A stretch of 64,000 nucleotides of DNA from Camelus ferus (taxonomy: Eukaryota), in contig NC_045697.1 in assembly GCF_009834535.1 (NCBI RefSeq), forward strand, positions 93,436,001-93,500,000, written 5' to 3'. Positions 53,901 to 64,000 of this stretch are shown here, piece by piece (position 1 is the stretch's first letter; every line of letters starts with the position of its first letter). The position numbers and the translations under genes are program-made. Below the pieces are notes generated by a model. The model was given only the letters and a program-made list of their open reading frames with translations. It had not been told where the DNA came from and made no database searches.

Positions 53901-54329
53901 CTAATATTTGCTATATTGTTATTTATTTATTATAATTATGATTTTTTACATTGATATTGTGATAATTTTTTGATGTACTAGTCATCATATTAAGGAGGGT
54001 ATGTTTTATCTACAGCTTGCTTAATACTTTTGCCAGAATTTTCCATGGTTTGTATACTTATTGAGCATTTTTTAAAGCAGCATTTTCATGAATAACAACT
54101 GATGAACATGATTCAATATTTACCTCAGGCAAAAAGAAATACTCTTTTTCTAACGGAAGGAGATTCAGTAAGAATCTTTAAATACAACCTGTACTCCCAA
54201 TAGTAATTCTAAAACTTACATTAACTTGTTTATTTAAAAATTTTACTATTGCTTTGGTAGTTCTTTACAACATGTCTTTTTTAAATATAAAATCTCATGG
54301 TTTACTTTTAAAAAGCATTAAAATTATAA

Positions 54330-55290
54330 TCAAAATGCACAACTTACAGTATTGGAGAAAATATTTACAAGTCATATCTGATAAGGATTTAATAACTGGA
54401 ATGTATAAAGAACAGCTCAATGACGAAAAAGACAAGCAATTAAGTTAAAAATGGGCAAAGGGCTTGAGTAGATATTTCTCCAAAAGATATATACAAATTA
54501 TCAATAAACACATAAAAATATACTCAACATAATTAGTCATTAGGGGAATTAAAATTGATGAGATACCACTTTGTATCCACTAGGATATTTCTAATATTAA
54601 TAGTTGAAGAAGATGGAAAATAAGACATATTGATAAGGACATGAAGAAATTAGAACACTAGTGCATTGTTAGTGGGAATATAAGATGGTGTAGCTGCTGT
54701 GGAAGACAGTTTGAAACAGTTCAGTAGTTTCTCAAAAAGTGAAGCATCGAATTACCATATAATCTAGCAATTTGACTACTAATTATATGCCCCTCAAAAC
54801 TGAAAATAGGAATTTAAACAGATACTTATAAAAATTATTGCAGGATTAGTCACAATAGCAAAAAGGTAGAAACAACATGTGTCCATCAACTGAGGAATGG
54901 ATAAATAAAATATAGTGTGTGTATATATATTCAGTCACAAAAGGAATGCAGTTTTGATGCATGCTACACTATGGATAAACCACAGAATGTTATAAGTTAA
55001 ATAATTCAGACACAAAAATGTAAGTATGGTATTATTACCCTTACATGAAATATCTAGAATAGGCAAATTCATAGAGACAAAATGTAGAATAAAGTTTACC
55101 AGAAACAAGGGAGAGGAGAGTTGTAAGTTATTGCTTAATGGACAGAGTTTCTGTTTAGTGTGATGAAGGTTTTTGGAAATACATAATAGTGATGGTTGCA
55201 TAACATTGTAAATGTAATTATACCACTGAATTGCTCATTTAAAATGGTTAACATATTAAACTTTATGCTATGCATATTTTACCATAATAG
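54330..55290 (+). mobile_element. 5'-truncated L1MB-like 3' end
   Basis: Decayed ORF2 C-terminus, then 3' UTR tagaataggcaaattcatagagaca...agtgatggttgcataacattgtaaatgta...tttaaaatggttaa. Confidence 0.88.
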
Positions 55291-57699
55291 GAAAATCTAC
55301 ATGAAAAACACAAATGTCCACTTGTAGTGATTTATATTTACTAATTATAAATGCTTACACATTAGAGGTATAGGAGGAAGCTAGTTTGAATTTAGCAGAA
55401 GCTAAGTAACAAATCAAGATAATCTTGGAAAAACAATGGTAAAAAATAATCAGTTAATCTTGGAATTGATACAGAATTTTCATATTTGCTACATTTTATT
55501 ACATTATTAACTAATCGTAAAAAAATCTGTTTTTGCAACTTTTAACATAGATCTTGAAATAATAAATAGTTGAATGATTGAAAGTCAGAGTCTCTGGCAC
55601 TAGTCTTAACATGGCATTAATTCTAAGACCTTCTTTAAGTTTCTAAACCACCTTCAGCCCCCTTTTTCTCACTTCTGTAAATGAGGGTATTCTAAAAGGA
55701 TTCACAAACTCAAATATACTGTGGTTATACAGAATTTTTCTGTTTGCCTTAACAAATTGTTATAAAGATCATTAAAAACATGAACTATCATCAAGATAAA
55801 ACAGCTACTATAGAAACTACTCCCATGACTGTATTGATTCCACCAGTTACATGCATTATTAGACTAAGTAAAAGCATTGAGACTCTAACAGCTAATACAG
55901 AGGAAAACTAGCATTATTGGTGTATCAACTTGGAAGTGTACAGTTTTAGTCATATTGTGAATAAAGAATTTTTTGTCACATGAAATAAATGTGGGAAGCT
56001 CTATCTCCTTTCAGTGAATAAATAAAACCAGATCTTTCTGATTTCTTGGATGACTGGATTGCTGATCACTTATAAATTGGTTCAGTGGCCTTCAGGGAAA
56101 GGTTGACTTCGCTTCTCAGTCTCAGATACTCAGAAAAATCCTATAATTATGACAGTAAGTTTTATTCTTTATGAGAATAATCAAATAAAATATATTAATG
56201 ATTTAATACATTTATCAATACTGAGGAAATTCTATATGTTGAAGGGATTCATACTAATTCTAACAAATGGAAAATGTATAAACAGCACTTACGATATCAC
56301 GAGAATAAGCAAGGAATTAAATATACCATGAAATTTTGGACTTCAGTGATCATAGGACTTATTTCCTATACAAGTTAAGAAATGACAAGGTTTATAGGAC
56401 TATACATTAGCATGTAAAATTGTATAGACCATGCTCAAGTGTTTTCTTAATAATGCAGTTTCACTATGGATCAATTCCTATTAAAGAATCATGTTTACTT
56501 TCATGAATTTATGTTCATAATATCTAAAATTGCTTTTAATGACATTATTTTGTAGAAGAATAATTATTCTGCATATTCAGGAATCAACTAAATTTGAAAA
56601 GTGCATTTAACAGAGTGTGGCTTGACTTCAGTTATTATTTAAATATACTCAAGTATTTGATATTTAGGTTTCAGGCTTCCTGATCCAGATTTTGTCCTCC
56701 TTTTATCTACTGTATCTATTTATAATCCTTTTCCTCTCTCATGGATGTTGGTCACAGCCTGCTGTGAGAAGCTTTCTTTACTCATAGGTTTGCTATATAG
56801 AGTTAAGGGTTAATGGCAGCAGGCAAGACTCCCTGCAGTAATCTGGGTCACTTATATTTTATAGATCAGTGATTTCTTTACCCAGAAGAATCTTAAATTA
56901 CAGCCATGAATGTACACACACACACACCCCCAACCTTTCACTTTGTTCAAGAGTTAATGTAAAGAGAATGCAGTGTCTAATGGAAGGTGAAAAATGAAAA
57001 CAAAAAGAGTAAGAGGATGGAGAGAAGACATAGAACATTATGATTACTATTTCTATGCTGTATTTTCTAGGATTTTCTCCTACTTTCAGTAGTCTTGTTT
57101 ATGGAAAGATATATTCTCCAAAGGAAAATGTAATTTCATGGCAATTTCTCAGCTTTGAAAAAGAGTTTTAAGCCGCAGTCCACGGGCTCTGTTAACAGAA
57201 CCATCATGGCCAAAGTAACTATTTCAAGCATGGAGATATGTCTAGTAATAGTATTGAGCTACATTCCAACTCAGCCAACATCCACAACTCCAATGGCACG
57301 TGAAACTGTTTATATAATGAAATTGCATTATTAAGAATTTTAATAATGCCTAAGAATTAAAATAAGCAGTTTGTTCTGTTTATGCTTTTCTGTGATTATG
57401 AGAAAATACTCAGTCTAAGTAAACCTTCCACATGACTGACTATCAAAGATGATTCAAATATAAATAGATATTTTGATGTCATAAAGAAAATGAAACAAAG
57501 CGATTATATTTAATGTTTATTCCTTATGTCTATCTATTATTCATAATTTGCACAAGCAAAATAATATATTTTCTCTCTTGAACTAAAGCAGATCTATACA
57601 CATAGACATTATAAAGAAAAATCTACATTATTTTGTAAGCTAGGAGCTCACATATTAAATGTGTAGTGAGTATCTTTACAATTATTAAACAATCTTAAA

Positions 57700-59900
57700 A
57701 TTCTATTATTTTTAAGTTATTGGACATTATTTTATGACTGACCATCATATAGATTTAATTCAATATTTTTAACCAGTCTTCTGTTTTTAGGAAATGTTCG
57801 TACTTTTATTTTAATAACCAATGTGATGACAAATAGGCATCAAGTTAAATATATATCTAACTAATTATAATTTGATGGAACAAATTTCTGTAAGCGAAAA
57901 CACAACTTTACAGTTTCTGATAGGTGTTGTGAAATGGTCTTCTAGAATACTGTTCTGATATACATTCCCACAATACATGCAATTTCTGTTTTCCCGTGAT
58001 TCCTTGTAGCATTTTACACTGCCATATTATTAGTATTATTAATAACTTAGAATTTGACACTACTTGAAAAATTTAGATTTCCTTTATTTCTATTCATATC
58101 TTTTTCATTATACACTTGTTTGCATTTGAAAAGTTTTGTTTTTTTTGTGGCTCTCCTTATTACTGATGTCATTTAAGAAAGATCTGATGTTTGAAAAAAG
58201 TAGTTTTCCAAGATTGGTGTTAATCATATTATACTATGTTTATACGTCAAATATATGTTTTATTAATAAAATTATAGTAACAGTTTAAGGTCTTGCACTT
58301 ATTAAGTCACTAAAGTAACTAGTCTTTTTGTACAGATTAGAATGTGACGGATTCAGTAATTAATAACCTCTCTCCAGAGGGAAATAAAAACAACTGTGAA
58401 ATTTTGCCAGATAATTTCTTTGAATTATCATTATAAAATCTAATTAGAATACAGTCTTCACAAATTAAAAGATTTAGCAGCAGCGTAAGTTTTAGTATGA
58501 AAGAGGATATCACTAATTGAATGTGAATTGGACCATATATTCCAATTACTATCTTTCATACTATACAGAAAATATTGGTGTGTTATGAAGTATAACATTA
58601 AAATCTCATTAAATCAAACTTAAAATCTATTAAAAAAATAACTATACATGCCTTTGTCTCAGTCTTACCAACAATAACACAATTTTTATACCATTACTCC
58701 AGGTTGGATTTCTATAGCAGGGAATTTTAGTAAACTTAGATGTTTCTTAGATATTAGTCCTTAATTTTATTTTTATCTAAAATGGAAATATATTTACTCT
58801 TTTAATTACAAGTACAAAATTGAGAATATATGGTTATTTTGCAAAATAATTTTGTGCAATTTCAAAATGCATAAAAAGCACAAAATCACTCAAAATGCTA
58901 ACACCTAAACACAATAAAACAATTCCATTGGTGGGCATCTTTACAATATTGATATAAATATGCGTGAAGAGTTATGTGTGGATGTCTATAATTATTTATA
59001 AATTAAGACCTCTGTGATCAATATTGCATGCTGACCACATCACTAGATCGAAGATTATGACACTTTGTAATACTAGTCCTGCAGATGAAAAGGTATGCTT
59101 CTGAAATACATAGGTCATCACAGATTCTAAATGAGTGCACTGAACCTCATCCTGAAATATTATGACTATTAGTATGCTTCATAGTCATAGAAAATGATGT
59201 TATAACTTTACTTTGGATTGTGTTTCTATGAATAGTAGTAAAATGAAATAATTTTTTTGCCAATTTTTGTTTATTTTTGACAATTTTTGTGAATTTTCTG
59301 AATTCACACTACCTTTTCTCCCTTTGATTTATTCATTTTATGTATAAATAGGAGTTTTTTCTATATTGCTAATATTAAGTTAATATCACTTATGGTACAT
59401 TTTTTATATTTTGAAATGTTTCATTAATTTCTGTGTTTTTACTTTAACTTCCTTGTAGTTTTGATCTGTATTTTTCTTATATAGGAAAAAGATTTTCTTT
59501 CTGTATTTTCTATATTTCATGTTTGGTGCATAAATACTCAAATTCACAAAAGCTAATTAAATATTTAGCTTTTTTGTACTTTTGTTTTAAATGTATACCT
59601 TTAATTCATTTATATTTTATATGAGAAATAAAAACACATAAAATGTTTCCTAATATTTTATGATATTTCTGCTCATCTTAAAACTTATTATACAATAGAA
59701 ACAATATTACATAACATATGTCTACTATATTATGGACAATATCTTTTCATTTATTAAGTCCATTTAGTAACATCAAATTTATTTTTTGTTGTGTTCTTAA
59801 TAGTATATGTGATCCCATAGATCAGCATTTTTCAATATTGATGGAATCCATTGCAAGTGAAAAAGTGATCAATAAATTAAATTAATAGCCTTGCATCTTA
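57700..59900 (-). mobile_element. Scattered, highly decayed L1ME-like fragments
   Basis: Motifs such as atttaattcaat...tacattccccacaatacatg and gagtgcactgaacctcat...gcttcatagtca. Boundaries uncertain. Confidence 0.4.
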
Positions 59901-61284
59901 ATATTAATAATACTGTATATTATTTAAATATCTTCTCTGTATTAGACTCTAAATGGGAGACTTGCATATACAATCTCATTTGATCATCACCTGTCCTTAT
60001 GAAGAGTATTTTCTTAACCCTATTTTCTGGATGAGTAAATGTTTGCTCAGACCATTACAATATCCTGATTAATGTTATAGGGTCAGAATAACCAGAAAAT
60101 CTATTCCACTGAAAAAAAATCTTAAAGACCACTCTATGTTGCTTATATAGTAGGAATTAAGAGCTTGTTCTCAACAGTAAGAAAGATTTGTTCTATAATC
60201 TTAAAACAAACAAGTTCTATAATCTAACATATTAGCCTAGATAGTGCAGCTACTTTAGTTAAACTGGGTAATTATGAAAACCCATGAAACCCATGAAAAA
60301 TCAACAGAGGAAGCTTGTTTAGCAGTATAAAGTACACCAACCATAGATTAAAATTGAATAGGTAGTGCATAATAAGTTAATATCTCTTTATTAGTAGCAC
60401 ATTTATATTTTAACCCAATGTGCTAATTTTAAAAGTTCAACACTATGATTTCTTTTAAGGATATTTTATTTTACCAAATCTTGCATCATGTGCCTACTCA
60501 GTTTCCACAATATGTGTCAAAAAAAGTAATAACTGAAAATATTATACTTGGAGATTCCAATAATAACAGTAGCTAGCCAATACATATCTTGGGAAAATAA
60601 AATTTGTCACAGTTACTCACAGTACATTGTGTCCCTCCAGCTAAATTATATTAATATTTTGAGATACCTCTTTTATTGAAATAGAAAATGAAAAAAGTAT
60701 TTTAGAAGTTATTGCCATGACAGAAATGCGATTTTTAAATTGAATATCTTTATTATTTGCAAGTGATATTATATTTTCAAATGAAGTTGTAAACACATTC
60801 ACAGCAGTTTAATCATATTGTTTTTGAATCTATGGTTAAGATATCTATGTTTTCCAAACAGTCATATTTTATATACACCTACCGACACACTCATTCATAT
60901 GTGCATACCTGCATATGCTACTTTATTTCTTCTAGTGCAAAACATTTGTCAACATTTGATTCCTTGTAATAGAGAAGCTAGACATAAAAAGGAGAAAACA
61001 ACATTAAATATTCTAAGGCCTCATTTATATATAGGTTCTAACAGAATAATAAAGAAATTTAAGGTTAGTTAAAAGCAGTTGACATTCTTTTTCCCCTTTG
61101 CTGGAGGTAGATAAAGAGAGTAATTATGGGAAAAATGTTGAGGATACAGGAGGAAAAGGGGAGTCAGGAAGCAAAATCAGTTTTAAAATACCTTTAGATG
61201 ACTCTACTAATAATATCAATCTGTTTGTAATACTGATCCTGGCAACTATGTCAAATTTTCTACATAAGTCTAAAACTAATTTGT

Positions 61285-61657
61285 AGTTACATCCGACACC
61301 ACAGAAATACAGAGATCATAAGAGGCTACTGCTAGCAACTATACAATAAAATGGACAACCTAGAAGAAATGGACAAATTCTTAGAAAGGCACAATCTCCC
61401 AAGACTGAACCAAGAAGAAGTAGATAATATGAACACACCAATTACCAGTACTGAAATTGAATCAGTAATTCAAAACCTACCAACAAACAAAAGTCTAGTA
61501 CCAGATGGCTTCCCACGTGAATTCTACCAAACATTTAGAAAAGAATTACTGCCTATCCTTCTAAAACTATTCCAAAAACTTGCAGAGGAAGGAACACTTC
61601 CAAACTGATTCTGTGAGGCCGCTATAAGCCTGATACCAAAAACAGACAAAGATATCT

Positions 61658-61689
<32 letters not shown>

Positions 61690-63727
61690 AAAGAAAAAGA
61701 ACAGAAAATTAAAGACCAATATCCCCTGATGAGCATAGATGCAAAAAATCTTCCACAAAATACTAGCAGACAAACTCCATCAATACATCAAAAGGCTCAC
61801 ACATCATGATCAAGTAGGTTTTATCTCAGGGATGCAAGGATTTTTCAATATCCACAAATCAGTGTGATACACCACATTAACAAACTGAACAATAAAAAAC
61901 CACATGATCATCTCAATAGATAAAGAAAAAGCTTTTGATAAAATTCAGTATCTATTTATGATAAAGACTCTTCAGAAATTCATATATGACAAACCCACAG
62001 CTGACATCATACTCAATGATGAAAAGCTGAAAGCATTTCTTCTAAGGATCAAAAACAAGACAAGAATGCCCACTCTCTCCATTTTTATTCAGCGGAGTTT
62101 TGTAAGTCTTAGCCACAGCAGTCAGAGAAGAAAAAGAAATAAAAGGAGTGCAAGGTGGAAAAGAAGAAGTGAAACTGCAACTGTTTGCAGATGACATGAT
62201 ACTATACATAGAAAATCCTAATGACACCACCAGAAAACTATTAGAGCTCATCAATGAATGTGGTAAATTTGAAGAATACAAAATTAATATACAGAAATCT
62301 GTTGTATTTCTATACACTAACAACAAAATATCAGAAAAAGTTTTATTAAGGAAACAATCCCCTTCACCATCACATCGAAAAGAATAAAATACCTAGGAAT
62401 AAACCTACCTAAGAAGGCAAAAGACCCGTACTCCAAAAACTGAGACATTGATGAAAGAAAGTGAAGATTTCCATCTATCTTTCTGAATAGATGGAAAGAT
62501 ATACTGTGTTCTTGGATTAAAAGAATCAATATTGTTAAAATAGCCATACTACCCAAGACAATGTACAGATTCAATGCAATCCCTATCAAATTACCAATGG
62601 GATTTTTTATATAAAAACACAAAAAATCCTGAATAGCTAGAACAATCTTGAGAAAGAAGAAGGGAGCTGGTGGAATCATTCTCCCTGACTTCAGACTGTA
62701 CTACAAAGTACAGTAATCAGAACAGTATGGTACTGGCACAAAAATAGACGTATAAATCAATGGAACAGGATAGAAAGTCCAGAAATAAACCCATGCACTA
62801 TGGTCAATTAATGACAAAGGAGTAAGAATATGCAATGGAGAAATGACTCTCTCTTCAATAAGTGATGCTGTGAAAACTGGATAGTTACAGATAAAAGAAA
62901 AAAATTAGAACATTTCTCTAACACCATATGCAAAAATAAACTCAAAATGGATTAAATACCCAAACGTAAGACCAGATACTATAAAACGCCTAGAGGAAAA
63001 TATAGGCAGAACATCTTTGACATAAATAAAAGAAGAAATAAGCAAATGGGATCTAATTAAACAAAAACCTTTTGCACAGGAAAGGAAACCATAAACAAAA
63101 TGAAGAGACAATCTATGGAATGGAAGAAAATATTTGCAAATGACACGATTGACAAGGAATTAATTTCCAAAATATGCAAACAACTCATACAGCTTAATAT
63201 ATATTTTTTAAAAACTAATCAAAAAATGGTCAGAAGACCTAAATAAACATTTCTCCAAAGACATCCATATGGCCAAAAGGCACATGAAAAAGATGCTCAA
63301 TATCACTAATTATTGGAGGAATGCAAATCAAAACTACGATGAGGTATCACCTCACACCACTCAGAATAGCCATCATTAAAAAGTTTACAAATAATAAAAG
63401 CTGCTGGTAGGGATGTGAGTTATTGAAGCCACTATGGAGAACAATATGGAGGTTTCTTCAAAAAACTAAAAGTAGAGTTACCATATGATTCACCAGTCCC
63501 ACTCCTGGGCATATATTAAGAGTAAGTTCTAATTTGAAAAGTTACATGCACCTCAGTGTCCATAGCAACACTATTTACAATCACCAAGACATGGAAGCAA
63601 CCTAAATGTCTATGAACAGATGAGTAAATAAAGAAGAAGTGGTATATTTATACAATGAAATACTACTCAGCCATAAAAGAGAATGAAATAAAGCCATTTG
63701 CAGCAACATGGATGGACCTAGAGATTA
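61285..63727 (+). mobile_element. Disabled L1 ORF2 fragment (reverse transcriptase to C-terminus), truncated at both ends
   Basis: ORF pieces [48 protein letters not shown] and [20 protein letters not shown]. Many stops, frameshifts and deletions; no 3' UTR follows. Confidence 0.95.
61658..61685. repeat. (CA)n microsatellite expanded inside L1 ORF2
   Basis: Seen directly after acagacaaagatatct. Confidence 0.95.
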
Positions 63728-64000
63728 AATATCTGTGTGTGTGTGTGTTCAGTTTTCATAGGTATGAATGGTTTGGCAAAGGAGTAAAAGTACTTCTGAT
63801 TTGTAACATAATGGCATTGTCATTGGGAAATGTCTTCTAAGTTTATGGATTATTTAATACTTGTTAAAAGTATTAATGGCCCACTGGTCAATGTTTGTAA
63901 TTATTCCATATGTGCTAGAAAATGTTATTCATATTTTCTATATTCTAATTTACAATGTCTCTTCTTAAACTGTGAATCTCTCCAAGATTTTTTTTTAATT

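Noticed and set aside
61351..63840. Active reverse transcriptase gene
   Set aside because: Fragmented by stops, frameshifts, deletions and a (CA)n expansion, with no ORF1 or endonuclease domain.
1..64000. CRISPR array, operon or other novel multi-gene system
   Set aside because: No repeat-spacer array or gene cluster; the remaining short ORFs are low-complexity or transposon-derived, as expected in AT-rich mammalian DNA.

Overview
AT-rich, CpG-poor mammalian genomic DNA (intergenic or deep intronic). It is probably camelid, because the youngest L1 3' ends resemble camelid/cetartiodactyl L1 as I recall them and I see no Alu, B1/B2, BovB, Bov-tA or PRE-1 SINE. I find no intact protein-coding gene, RNA gene or CRISPR array. 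The one gene-derived feature is a full-length, intronless, disabled HSPA8 (HSC70) retrocopy at 22642-24891, bounded by a perfect 14-bp target-site duplication (TSD). The rest is a mosaic of L1 fragments of several ages (two with twin-priming inversions), solo LTRs (two with exact 4-bp TSDs), MaLR/ERVL relics, MER82/MER20/MER5 DNA transposons, MIR/L2 and microsatellites. I cannot support a new biological system here. The most unusual signals lie inside the retrocopy: a steep, A/T-to-G/C-biased excess of substitutions at its 5' end, and two frameshifts that are both a single A inserted inside a CpG. All repeat family names come from recalled consensus sequences, not from a search.
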